From Macrostomum lignano (lineage: Eukaryota), in assembly GCA_002269645.1 (NCBI GenBank), contig NIVC01001494.1:124001-188000 (forward strand): DNA of 64,000 nt, read 5' to 3'. Each line of letters begins with the position of its first letter. Position 1 is the stretch's first letter. This document shows, piece by piece, positions 36,001 to 48,329 of the stretch. Under the pieces are notes generated by a model. It saw only the letters and a program-made list of their open reading frames with translations, searched no databases and was not told where the DNA came from. Position numbers and translations under genes: made by a program.

Positions 36001-39000
36001 AGTAGGGAGAGGGGCGGATGGAGTGAAGACAGGGGCGGATGGAGAAGGGGGTGGATGGAGTGAAGACAGGGGCGGATGGAGTAGGGAGAGGGGTGGATGG
36101 AGTGAAGACAGGGGCGGATGGAGTAGGGAGAGGGGCGGATGGAGTAGGGAGAGGGGTGGATGGAGTGAAGACAGGGGCGGATGGAGTAGGGAGAGGGGCG
36201 GATGGAGTAGGGAGAGGGGCGGATGCAGTGGGGAGATGGGCGGATGCAGTGGGGAGATGGGCGGATGCAGTGGGGAGAGGGGGTAGAGGGGGTGGAATGC
36301 GGTCGGTTGAAGTAGTTGATAAGGGAAAAGTTGTGCACTAATCAAGCATAAACACAAGAACAATTCAGTTAAACAAATGAATATTTTAGATAAACACAAG
36401 AGCATGTGTTTATATGCAGGTGCAGAGAATAAACGCAAGCATCTTCGCGAGCTCACAGTGCCGTCAGAGATGAAGCTGATCTTCATCGTATTATTCTCTG
36501 AGGTAATGGACTCGGGAGGCTGGTCGCCGCAGTATCTGCCGACTCGTTTCGAGGTGGCCTCGTCGACACCGTCGAAGATGTCCAGGTAGTCGTATTCGCA
36601 CCTCTGCGGGCCGGCGATGGATTAATGAGAGCAGGTGCGTCACGTGACCGGAGCTCGGTGGCCGGGCAGGGGATGATATTAATGAGAGCAGGTGCGTCAC
36701 GTGACCGGAGCTCGGTGCCCGGGCAGGGGATGAGATTAATGAGAGCAGGTGCGTCACGTGACCGGAGCTCGGTGCCCGGGCAGGGGATGAGATTAATGAG
36801 AGCAGGTGCGTCACGTGACCGGAGCTCGGTGGCCGGGCAGGGGATGAGATTAATGAGAGCAGGTGCGTCACGTGACCGGAGCTCGGTGCCCGGGCAGGGG
36901 ATGAGATTAATGAGAGCAGGTGCGTCACGTGACCGGAGCTCGGTGGCCGGGCAGGGGATGAGATTAATGAGAGCAGGTGCGTCACGTGACCGGAGCTCGG
37001 TGGCCGGGCAGGGGATGAGATTAATGAGAGCAGGTGCGTCACGTGACCGGAGCTCGGTGCCCGGGCAGGGGATGAGATTAATGAGAGCAGGTGCGTCACG
37101 TGACCGGAGCTCGGTGCCCGGGCAGGGGATGAGATTAATGAGAGCAGGTGCGTCACGTGACCGGAGCTCGGTGCCCGGGCAGGGGATGAGATTAATGAGA
37201 GCAGGTGCGTCACGTGACCGGAGCTCGGTGCCCGGGCAGGGGATGAGATTAATGAGAGCAGGTGCGTCACGTGACCGGAGCTCAGTGGCCAGGCCAAACT
37301 CACATCGCGTCCTTCGATATCAAAGGTGGTGAAATTGAGCAGAATCTTGTGCCCGATGGGGGCGATAATGTGCCACTTGCAGTGCTTGTTGGGCGGGTAC
37401 TTGTCCGGGTAAGAGGGCGATGTGACGGTGCCCCGCATGGCCACCAGGGTGCCTCCGCAGGTGTCTTCGCAGGTGCGACCGTCTCGGTGCAGGTGGAAGC
37501 CGGGCCGGCAGTCGCAGTGGTAGCCGCCCAGCGTGTTCACGCAGATGTGCTGGCACCCGTGCTGCTGCCCGCCGTGCAGCGCCATGCACTCATCGTACTC
37601 TGGGTGGGTAGGTTTGGTAGGCAGTGTAGGGTGAGACGGGTAGGGTGAGACGGGTAGGGTGAGACGGGTAGGATGTGCTGGGTAGGGTGAGTTGCGTAGG
37701 TTAAGTTGCGTAGGGTGAATTGGATAGGGTGAATTGGGTAGGGTGAGTTGCGTAGGTTGAGTTGCGTAGGGTGAATTGGGTAGGGTGAATTGGGTAGGGT
37801 GAATTGGGTAGGGTGAATTGGGTAGGGTGAATTGGGTAGGGTGACTCGGGTAAGGTGAGCTGAATATTGGTATGCTCACAATCATGGATTAAGCAGGGTT
37901 CGAACCCGGCCAGCTCACCCTTCTCGAAGGTGGCCGCAAAGCCTATCTTGTTGACGGAGTTGTCCGACTTGAACCGCACCGTCATCCGGTTGCCGGTGCT
38001 CTTCACCGGCTTCGGGACCGTCTCGCCGCAGAACTTGCCCAGCGATACGCCGTCCTGCGACCAGCCCTCCAGCACCTCTACGAAGTCGTACACGCACTGG
38101 GTGTGCGTCTCCAGCTGCGGGTGGGTCGATGAACTGCAGACCTGACCTGATCTCATCTTACCTTGACCCGATCTGACCTGACCTGACCTGACCTGACCTG
38201 ACCTGACCTGATCTGACCTGATCTGACCTGACCTGACCTGACCTGATCTGACCTGACCTGACCTGACCTGACCTGACCTGATCTGACCTGATCTGACCTG
38301 ATCTGACCTGATCTGACCTGACCCGACCTGACCTGACCTGACATGACCCGATCTGACCTGACATGACCTGATCTGACCTGACCTGATCTGACCTGACCTG
38401 ATCTGACCTGATCTGACCTGACCTAACCTGACCTAACCTGACCTGACCTGACCTGACCTGACCTGACTCAGAGGTTTATCAATCAGTGGTTAAATCGGGG
38501 TTCAGGCATGGAATTTTGGCTTGAGGCTCGTGCAATTCACCCTGTTAATAGGAGGAAGCAGGACGTTCCCATGCCCCATCCTCCCCCAGACTCACCTCAA
38601 AAGAGAAGAACTTGAGCGCCACTGAGTAGCCGTTGGGCACCTCAATCTTCCAAATGCACTCCTTGTCGCCGCGGTAGGCGCTGGGGTAGTTGGGGCTGGA
38701 GATCTGGCCCTCGTCACTGATTCGATAGCCGCCGCAGATGGCTGCTCGCGTTGGGAATGAAAATTGATCGATTGATTTATGATTGGCAAATCAGAATTCT
38801 GCCTGCAACCTTCGCCTCAAATGGAAAGATACTCGTATGAGCACCTACGAACTTTTTAAGCACAGCCTTTTTTGAGAGGACAGCAAAGAGATACCGCATC
38901 TTGTGACAATGTTTGCCGATTGCAATTCAAAATGAGTTGATTGTAACTGATAATGGCAGATTGCAATGATACACTGGCAGATTGCAATGATACACTGGCA

Positions 39001-42000
39001 GATTGCAATGATACACTGGCAGATTGCAATGATACACTGGCAGATTGCAATGATACACTGGCAGATTGCAATGATACACTGGCAGATTGCAATGATACAC
39101 TGGCAGATTGCAATGATACACTTGCAGATTGCAATGATACACTGGCAGATTGCAATGATACACTGGCAGATTGCAATGATACACTTGCAGATTGCAATGA
39201 TACACTTGCAGATTGCAATGATACATTGTCAGATTGCAATGATACACTAACAGATTGCAATGATACACTGGCAGATTACAATAATACACTGGCAGATTGC
39301 AATGATACGCTGGCAGATTGCAGCTGTCAACTCACAGGTGTACTGCGCGAAGAATCCCCTGCTGCGGCTGGCGGGCGGGAGGCGGTACTCGATCCACACC
39401 CTTGAGCTGTTCGAGGTCACGCTGCGCGGGGTCAGCGAGCCACAGAATCGGCCTGGAACGAAAAGCGGGAGAGGCCGGCCGCTCAGTCCCGGATGGTCTT
39501 GGGATTCACCAGCTGCGGCTACTCACAGTAGAAAGGGGAGATTGTTAGCCTGTTCACATTAGCACCCAGTGAGTCACTGGGAATCATTCACGCCTGTTCA
39601 CACTAGCACCCAGTGAGTCACTGGGGATCATTCACGCCTATTCTCACTAGCAGCCAGTGAGTCACTGGGGATCATTCACGCCTGTTCACATTGACACCCC
39701 AGCGGTCACCGTGACCCACCCAGCAGCGGTGAGCCCCTGTAATATCCGTCCCGAATCTCCAGGTAGTGCGCCACGCAGTTGCGGTTGTGCTCAGCCTGAA
39801 TGTCCAGCCACTTGATGTCGATTTGCACTTTCTCCCCCTGCGTGGCCGAGATCTGCCATTCGCAGCGAACCTCGCCACTGCCACTGCCGCCGCCGCTGCC
39901 GCTACTCAGCTCCGACGTCGCGGCCGCCGACCCGAACTCGCCGGATTCCTGCGTTAAGATTCGGGTGTTTTTATGCACAGCGCGCCTACTCTAAGTAAAA
40001 AAGCGCGAATTCCTTTTTTAAAGGCTTTTTTAACGGCTTTTTAAAGGAATGTCAATCAAAAGGAAGAAGCTTGAATTCTGAAAAACTGAGCTGTGCCTCA
40101 CTCTCTGAGCTGTGCCTCACTCTATGAGCTGTGCCTCACTCTCTGAGCTGTGCCTCACTCTTTGAACTGTGCTCCACTCTCTGAGCTGTGTCTGACTCTC
40201 TGAGCTGTGCCTCACTCTCTGAGCTGTGCCTCACTCTCTGAGCTGTGCCCCACTCTCTGAGCTGTGCCCCACTCTCTGAGCTGTGCCTCACTCTCTGAGC
40301 TGTGCCTCACTCTCTGAGCTGTGCCTCACTCTCTGAGCTGTGCCTCACTCTCTGAGCTGTGCCTCACTCTTTGAACTGTGCCTCACTCTATGAGCTGTGC
40401 CTCACTCTCTGAGCTGTGCCTCACTCTCTGAGCTGTGCCTCACTCTCTGAGCTGTGCCTCACTCTCTGAGCTGTGCCTCACTCTTTGAACTGTGCCTCAC
40501 TCTATGAGCTGTGCCTCACTCTCTGAGCTGTGCCTCACTCTCTGAGCTGTGCCTCACTCTCTGAGCTGTGCCTCACTCTTTGAACTGTGCCTCACTCTAT
40601 GAGCTGTGCCTCACTCTCTGAGCTGTGCCTCACTCTCTGAGCTGTGCCTCACTCTCTGAGCTGTGCCTCACTCTCTGAGCTGTGCCTCACTCAATGGGTA
40701 GCTCTGAGTCAGCTATTCATATTTCTATACAGCTTCCTCAGTCTGAGAGATGACCTCGCCTCCTAAAAAGATCTGTGATGCCCCTACTTGCTACTTAAAG
40801 TAGGCAAAATCCGAACAAATTCCAGTTCGAGACGTCCGAGCGCACCTGCAGCAGCGAGCCGCCGCACTTTCTGCAGCCGTACAGCTTGTGCACCTGGCGG
40901 ATGTCACCCGCTGAGATGTAGGACCGCTGGCCGATGTTGGGCCTCGGGCAGCACTGCACCGGCCGCATGGCGTCCAGGTTCGGCGAGGTGGCGAAGGTGC
41001 TGCGCGCGTAGTGCATGATGGAGTCGAAGTCGTACGGCTCGCCCAGCGAGTCCACGTCCATGCTGGTGAGCACCTTGAAGTTGTACTTCTGGCCTGGTGT
41101 GGGGGCGGCCGGTGCTTGCGTCAGGAACTCACCACTAGTAGCAAAGATAGATTAGTGTCAGAAACCATTTTCTAGTAGGCTACGTTTGTGTCAGCACTAT
41201 TCTGCCAATAAGCTACATTTGTGTCAGCACTATTCTGTCAATAAGCTACATTTGTGTCAGCACTATTCTGCCTATAAGCTACATTTGTGTCAGCACTATT
41301 CTGCCAATAAGCTACATTTGTGTCAGCACTATTCTGTCAATAAGCTACATTTGTGTCAGCACTATTCTGTCAATAAGCTACATTTGTGTCAGCACTATTC
41401 TGTCAATAAGCTACATTTGTGTCAGCACTATTCTACCAATAAGCTACATTTGTGTCAGCACTATTCTGTCAATAAGCTACATTTGTGTCAGCACTATTCT
41501 GTCAATAAGCTACATTTGTGTCAGCACTATTCTGTCAATAAGCTACATTTGTGTCAGCACTATTCTGTCAATAAGCTACATTTGTGTCAGCACTATTCTG
41601 TCAATAAGCTACATTTGTGTCAGCACTATTCTGCCAATAAGCTACATTTGTGTCAGCACTATTCTGTCAATAAGCTACATTTGTGTCAGCACTATTCTGT
41701 CAATAAGCTACATTTGTGTCAGCACTATTCTGTCAATAAGGCTACATTTGTGACAGCACTGAAGCCACCTGAGGCCGCCACTATCAGCTGCTCATTGTCT
41801 GCAGCCTGTGCGCATATCCGCTTCCCAGTTCGGGAGAAAACAGCCCACAACAAGTCTCCCACCTCTGGCATATCTGGCTGGAATTTGGGGAATCGAGAGG
41901 CGCCGGTTTATCCCGCGGATCAAAGAAATCCCCTCCTCCCCAGACTGCACGGGATTCTCCGCAGCGGAATGAAATATTGGGTGCCGGGGGTCCGCTGGCT

Positions 42001-42780
42001 CGCCTTGCTGCCCTCCCCCACCCCCCCCCCCCGGCAAGTGCACGGGCGATCATCAGCTCGTCAGCGATTTATGAAAATCCCCCTGATTTTCCTTGGCTTA
42101 CTTACTGGGAGCAGCAGGGGAAAATCCCCCCGTCTGTGAGAGCCTCTTGGTTAACGGCTGACCTGCAGTGCCCTGAGCACTCAGACCGGGCCTGAGTCAC
42201 ACAGGCTCCCTGACTCACTCTCCATACCGGGCCTGAGTCACACAGGCTCCCCGACTCACTCTCCATTACCGGGCCTGAGTCACACAGGCTCCCCGACTCA
42301 CTCTCCATACCGGGCCTGAGTCACACAGGCTCCCTGACTCACTCTCCAGAATGTTCTCCTCGATGATCTCGATGTACTTGTCCCTGTCCGGCCTGGTGTG
42401 CTCGTGCCAGAAGCCGATCACGTGACCCAGTTCGTGCATCACGATGCCCAGCTTGTCGCAGTTCTTGCCGATGCTGACGCTCTGGACGCCGCCTTTTCGG
42501 CCGACGTAGCTGCAGCAGCCGCAGTCCAGGGCGGTGAACTCGATGTAGGAGCTGTGCGAGTTCTCCTTCTCCACGAACCGGATGCAGCTCACGTTCTCCC
42601 ACTGCCGCATGGCCAGCTTGAACAGAGCCTGCTGCTTGCCTGCGGGTGCGGGGGGCTGCTGACTGACTTGCTGACTGACTGACTGACTGACTGGCTGGCT
42701 GACTGACTGACTGACTGACTGACTGACTGACTGACTGACTGACTGACTGACTGACTGACTGACTGGCTGGCTGACTGACT

Positions 42781-42823
<43 letters not shown>

Positions 42824-45800
42824 TAACTGACTGAATGACTGACAGGCAGAGATTTTAGTTTGATTTTAGTTTGTAGATGTTAGTTTGTACGTTTAGGACA
42901 GGCAGAGATGGACAGGCAGAGATGGACAGGCAGAGATGGACAGGCAGAGATGGACAGGCAGAGATGGACAGGCAGAGATGGACAGGCAGAGATGGACAGG
43001 CAGAGATGGACAGGCAGAGATGGACAGGCAGAGATGGACAGGCAGAGATGGACAGGCAGAGATGGACAGGCAGAGATGGACAGGCAGAGATGGACAGGCA
43101 GAGATGGACAGGCAGAGATGGACAGGCAGAGATGGACAGGCAGAGATGGACAGGCAGAGATGGACAGGCAGAGATGGACAGGCAGAGATGGACAGGCAGA
43201 GATGGACAGGCAGAGATGGACAGGCAGAGATGGACAGGCAGAGATGGACAGGCAGAGATGGACAGGCAGAGATGGACAGGCAGAGATGGACAGGCAGAGA
43301 TGGACAGGCAGAGATGGACAGGCAGAGATGGACAGGCAGAGATGGACAGGCAGAGATGGACAGGCAGAGATGGACAGGCAGAGATGGACAGGTAGACCGC
43401 AAACGACCTGGCGCCAGCCGCAGGTTCACCCTGAGTCAAAGACACGCGCATCCAGATTTGCATAATCATGCATTCCTCTTCCCAGTTCCCATCTCGATTA
43501 GTCCTCAGAGGTTTTCCACAAGTTGAGTGGAAGGTCAATAATTTGGGGAGTGGGCTGGTCGGCTTTGATTGGGAACTCTCGCTGTGCTGATGGGGATGAA
43601 GCAGACAGGAGGGAAGCTGGGGGTTCGGCTGTATGAGGGGGCAGAGACTGGCAGAATGGAGGAGTCGGGGTGAGAGTCGGCCGATATATTTATGAGTTGA
43701 AGATTGAATCAGCCACTGAGCAGTTCGAAACAGTCGGGGACGGATGTAGTCAGGGGACGGATAAACAGGGAGCAGACTGAGATAAACAGGGAGCAGACTG
43801 AGATAAACAGGGAGCAGACTGAGATAAACAGGGAACAGACTGAGATAAACAGGGAACAGACTGAGATAAACAGGGAACAGACTGAGATAAACAGGGAACA
43901 GACTGAGATAAACAGGGAACAGACTGAGATAAACAGGGAACAGACTGAGATAAACAGGGAACAGACTGAGATAAACAGGGAACAGACTGAGATAAACAGG
44001 GAACAGACTGAGATAAACAGGGAACAGACTGAGATAAACAGGGAACAGACTGAGATAAACAGGGAACAGACTGAGATAAACACGGAAGAGGCTGGGGTAC
44101 GCAGGGACCTTAGAAGTCAAACAGCGAGGCTTTATGGATGCATCGGGCTGCTCACTGGTGAAGTTGGCGGGGATCCGGTACGGGATGACTCCGTGCGGCC
44201 ACAGCCGCTTTTTGTCGGCCGTGGCGGCCCGCTTGAACCGCGACACGCTGCGCTCCGGGTAGGCGGCAGCCCGGCGGACCCGGCGGACCCGGCCGACCCG
44301 CTGCTGCCGGAGCCGCCGCTGTCGTCGCCGCTCCCGACGTCGCTGCCGACGCCGCTGCCGACGCCGCTGCCGCCGGCGCTCTTCGTCTGCGCCGCCGCCG
44401 CGGCCGCCTCTGCCGCCAGCCGGCCTTCGACCGCCTCGTTGCATGCGGCGGCGTCTGCCGCGCCTGCGGCTCCGGTCCCGATGTCGTGGCCGCCTGCCTC
44501 GAGGTCGCGGTGTCGTCGCGCTTGTCAACAGGTCACTGTCGATGTCGGCGAACTGGCCGAGGTGGGCCTGCAGTTCCTCGGCTGTCGTCGCCTTCTTGGC
44601 CGACGCTGGTGGTTCCTTGCCGTCCAAAACTCCATTTCGACGCAAAATCCGCACGTCATCTTCGTCAAGGGCGATGTCGCCCATGAACATCACTGCGGGA
44701 CAGGGGATCGGAGTGTCGTGACTGAGTTTTTGAGACCAATGTGAGCATGGCAGGGGACTGTAATCCCTGAGCAAGCACACGGATGCCAACACTGCTGTTT
44801 GTGTTCAGGGGACTGTGATCCCTGAGCAAGCACACGGATGCCAACACTGCTGTTTGTGTTCAGGGGACTGTAGTTTGTGTGTTTAGGAGGCTGTAGTTTG
44901 ATGTGTTTAGGAGGCTGTAGTTTGTGTGTTTAGGAGGCTGTAGTTTGTGTGTTTAGGAGGCTGTAGTTTGTGTGTTTAGGAGGATGTATTTTGTTGCTTT
45001 TAGGAGGCTGTAGTTTGTTGTTTTTAGGAGGCTGTAGTTTGTTGTTTTTAGGAGGCTGTAGTTTGTGTATTTAGGAGGCTGTAGTTTGTGTGTTTAGGAG
45101 GCTGTAGTTTGTGTGTTTAGGAGGCTGTAGTTTGTTGTGTTTAGGAGGCTGTAGTTTGTGTGTTTAGGAGGCTGTAGTTTGTTGTGTTTAGGAGGCTGTA
45201 GTTTGTGTTTTTAGGAGGTTGTAGTTTGTTGTGTTTAGGAGGCTGTAGTTTGTGTGTTTAGGAGGCTGTAGTTTGTGTGTTTAGGAGGCTGTAGTTTGTG
45301 TGTTTAGGAGGCTGTAGTTTGTGTTTTTAGGAGGCTGTAGTTTGTTGTGTTTAGGAGGCTGTAGTTTGTGTGTTTAGGAGGCTGTAGTTTGTTGTGTTTA
45401 GGAGGCTGTAGTTTGTGTGTTTAGGAGGTTGTAGTTTGTTGTGTTTAGGAGGCTGTAGTTTGTGTGTTTAGGAGGCTGTAGTTTGTGTGTTTAGGAGGCT
45501 GTAGTTTGTGTGTTTAGGAGGATGTATTTTGTTGCTTTTAGGAGGCTGTAGTTTGTTGTTTTTAGGAGGCTGTAGTTTGTTGTTTTTAGGAGGCTGTAGT
45601 TTGTGTATTTAGGAGGCTGTAGTTTGTGTGTTTAGGAGGCTGTAGCTCATATTTGAATTATTAACACTGAGGGCAGCTTTGTGGCAGATCGAAGTGTTTC
45701 CTGCGTGCAAGTCTGATGAAGCGGGGCTCGCGGCTGAGTCAGCGAGGCCGGTGCGGCATCGGAACTGCAGTAGGAGCAGCTGGGGCCACGGGGGGACGCT

Positions 45801-46457
45801 GGGGATTCGTGGGAGCTCGGCCTGTACCCGCCCGGATGTAGCCAGCCAGCCTCACCTGTCCATCGGGGCGTGAGAATTTGGAAACAGCTGGGCGAGCGAG
45901 CTGGCAGCTGCTACAGTTCTCCCCGTGTACCGAAGTGCGAGCCGCGATATTCATTTGCCATCCCGGGTCGATTTATGGCGACCCGAAGGGCCTCGCTCGG
46001 TGAGGGGGGGCGCAGGAGCCGCGTGCCGAATCACTTTTTGGAAAGACGAGTTTCTCATAGGCATCACCCGGGTCACTCACCGGAATCACCCGAGTCACTC
46101 ACCGGCATCACCCCGGTCACTTACCGGCATCACCCGGGTCACTCACCGGCATCACCCGGGTCACTCACCGGCATCACCCGGGTCATTCACCGGCATCACC
46201 CGGGTCACTCACCAGCCTCACCCGAGTCACTCACCAGCCTCACCCGAGTCACTCACCAGCCTCACCCGAGTCACTCACCAGCCTTACCCGAGTCACTCAC
46301 CAGCTTTGCAGGGGTTCGCATGGTCGTCCTCGGCCTCGGACCATGGCTTCTGCGGCTGCAGCGGTGGTGGCCGCGCCTCGGTGGGAGGCGGCGGGGCCAC
46401 CGCATCGGTTTGAAGGCAGCGGACCGACAGCAGCAGCGACATCGTCTGCAGCAGCAT
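33020..46457 (-). CDS. tld: Tolloid/BMP1-like astacin metalloprotease (prodomain-astacin-CUB-CUB-EGF-CUB-EGF-CUB-CUB), about 1132 aa
   Basis: 15 exons, all GT-AG and phase-compatible: 46457-46301, 44692-44156, 42639-42343, 41093-40846, 39948-39720, 39452-39336, 38741-38596, 38114-37919, 37599-37304, 36603-36457, 35418-35131, 34851-34635, 34482-34302, 34201-34117, 33277-33020. Motifs [37 protein letters not shown] (zinc), SIMHY (Met-turn), five CUB and two cbEGF domains. The start ATG is the least certain part. Confidence 0.96.
33355..33850. repeat. About 28-bp minisatellite GGGAATCCGTACTGGGGAACACCTTGC in a Tolloid intron
   Basis: Diverged tandem copies. Confidence 0.92.
34843..35085 (-). repeat. 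39-bp repeat containing the Tolloid exon-12 splice acceptor and first codons
   Basis: Six acceptors CCCCCAG|GTG at 39-bp spacing. Confidence 0.95.
35452..36290. repeat. About 21-bp G-rich minisatellite GGGGCGGATGGAGTGAAGACA in a Tolloid intron
   Basis: Tandem copies. Confidence 0.94.
36624..37290. repeat. 57-bp minisatellite carrying GTCACGTGAC in each of 12 copies
   Basis: Fills the intron between Tolloid exons 9 and 10. Confidence 0.96.
37615..38466. repeat. Two intronic arrays flanking Tolloid exon 8: 15-bp GGGTAGGGTGAATT-like (37615-37860) and (TGACC/TGATC)n (38140-38466)
   Basis: Tandem copies. Confidence 0.92.
38955..39322. repeat. 21-bp minisatellite GGCAGATTGCAATGATACACT
   Basis: About 17 copies. 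Confidence 0.95.
40085..40692. repeat. 19-bp minisatellite GTGCCTCACTCTCTGAGCT
   Basis: About 32 copies. Confidence 0.95.
41183..41752. repeat. 33-bp minisatellite TTTGTGTCAGCACTATTCTGTCAATAAGCTACA
   Basis: About 17 copies. Confidence 0.95.
42183..42346 (-). repeat. 41-42-bp repeat containing the Tolloid exon-3 splice donor
   Basis: GAGA|GTGAGTCAGG repeated four times. Confidence 0.9.
42660..44083. repeat. Tolloid intron 2 arrays: (GACT)n 42660-42846, 14-bp GACAGGCAGAGATG 42896-43392, 21-bp ATAAACAGGGAACAGACTGAG 43745-44083
   Basis: Three separate tandem arrays. Confidence 0.95.
44870..45645. repeat. About 22-bp minisatellite GTAGTTTGTGTGTTTAGGAGGCT
   Basis: About 35 copies in Tolloid intron 1. 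Confidence 0.95.
46062..46304 (-). repeat. 22-bp repeat containing the Tolloid exon-1 splice donor
   Basis: GCTG|GTGAGTGACTCGGGTGAG repeated, diverging with distance from the exon. Confidence 0.9.
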
Positions 46458-47515
46458 CAGCACCCGCAGCGATGCCGCAGCCCCCCTCCTGGAACAGATG
46501 GGACTGCATCTTACACCTCAGCCTCTCTGCCTCATCTGTCATCATCTTCCTCCTACTACCACTCTCTCTGCCCATCCTCTCCTCCCATCTCCCTCTTCCT
46601 CCCATATCCCATCCCGCTCTTATCTCCCATCCCCCTCTTATCTCCCACCCCCCTCTCATCTCCCATCCCCTCTCATCTCACATCCCCCTCCCATATCCCT
46701 CTCACCCCCTCTCCCTCTCATCTCCTACCCCCTCTCATCTCCCTCATACCCCCCTCTCCCTCCCACCCCCATCTGATCCTCTTATCCCCTCCCATCTCCC
46801 ATCCCCCTCCTATCTCCCCCCTCCCTCCCATCTCCCTCTGCCTTCCATCGTACTTGACAGCTCCCACAGCACTGAACTCAGGTGACTCAAATCTCATAAA
46901 TCCCATCGCACACTGTGCCGCATTGCGCAACTCAGAATTTTTCACTTCCCCAATAACCGCTCGGACTCAATCAGCCTGGAGTGGCCGAGCTGAGCGAAGA
47001 CGAGGCCCGTCAGTTGGCATCCCAGGCGATCTCCGCTCAGTCATGAAATTTCCCGAATTCGTTTGGAGAAGGCACGGGGGAGGCAGGAGCTCAGGCAGAC
47101 ACAGCTTTCTCTCTGCCGAGCAGCCCCCGGCCGAGATGTCAGGTAACCCTCGCGCGGGATTATAAATGCTAATCCCGATCTGCAGCCTTAATCTCTCAAT
47201 CTCAAGGGAACACACCGGCATTTGAGGATCAGGATTATTGTCGGGCGAATCCCCCGAGACAGCAGCACAAAGATGCTGGGGATGCTGAAGGCATCTGGGC
47301 TTTCTTTCTAAACAGGGCGAGAAATCCTAAGGGATTAGAAAAACCTGTGAGTGAGTTAAAAATGAGTTCATGTAAGCGTGAGCGTGAGCTCATGCGCGTG
47401 GGTTCGTGTTTTCATTTCTGAGTACTTGAGTGAATTCATAACTGAGTTTATGAGTGAGATCATAAGTGAATTTGAAGAGGATCGTGAGTATAAGTGAGCT
47501 CATGGGCGAGATCAT

Positions 47516-47776
47516 GAGTGAGTGAGTGAGTGAGTGAGTGAGTGAGTGAGTGAGTGAGTGAGTGAGTGAGTGAGTGAGTGAGTGAGTGAGTGAGTGAGTG
47601 AGTGAGTGAGTGAGTGAGTGAGTGAGTGAGTGAGTGAGTGAGTGAGTGAGTGAGTGAGTGAGTGAGTGTGTGAGTGAGTGAGTGAGTGAGTGAGTGAGTG
47701 AGTGAGTGAGTGAGTGAGTAAGTGAGTGAGTGAGTGAGTAAGTGAGTGAGTGAGTGAGTGAGTGAGTGAGTGAGTG
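47516..47776. repeat. (GAGT)n microsatellite
   Basis: About 65 units. Confidence 0.97.
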
Positions 47777-48329
47777 GGGCTAGCAGCTAAGGAAGAGTCA
47801 TCACTGCAGCAGTGAGGCAGATAAGATAAGCCACGCGCGGCTGAGTGTGACTATAAAAGCGTTCGGTGGCGGTAGAGCTATAAAAATGCTATATCCAATA
47901 TTTTTTTAGCATCTTTTCAGCGTAGAAATTTCAGAAAAGAAACTTTCTAGGCCAGAATTTTTATGGCTCGATATTCGTAATGCAAGGGGGAGCCGGCCGA
48001 GCCGGGCAGTTCCAGCCCGGGCTCCACAGCGATACAACACGCAAGTTTGGGAGGCTGCCGGTGTGAATTACAGCGCTCTGTTTTTCTTTAGGATTTCCCG
48101 TGCACCTAATGAGAGCCAATAGCGCAGACAGCACAAGATTGATCCCCGAGGGGAGTCGGGGATCGGCTACGGCAACTGCCTGCCTCTGTAATGGTTGCTC
48201 TTTCCCGCAGCTGGAATTCCGGTCCGTCAGTGAAGGGGCTGCTTTGCACCGGACTCTGGGCCTCCACTCCATCAGCGTTTGTCACCCATCGGCAATTGTT
48301 TCCAGCGCCGATAAGACGGGCGTGGATAG

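Noticed and set aside
37897-37909. GGGTTCGAACCC B-box-like palindrome
   Set aside because: It is too short and has no A box or cloverleaf, so no tRNA is called.
38140-38466. (TGACC)n read as nuclear-receptor half sites (AGGTCA) or recursive CAG|GT splice points
   Set aside because: The motif follows automatically from a 5-bp repeat, and there is no polypyrimidine tract or normal response-element spacing.
42855-44792. 645-aa ORF
   Set aside because: Only 44692-44156 is a Tolloid exon. The rest is intron read-through across repeats.
45870-47165. 431-aa plus-strand ORF
   Set aside because: It is antisense to Tolloid exon 1 and built from repeats and low-complexity sequence, with no domain.
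47851-47890. Two plus-strand TATAAAA motifs (and TATAAAT at 47161)
   Set aside because: I found no Inr at the expected spacing and no downstream exon, so they cannot be assigned to a gene.
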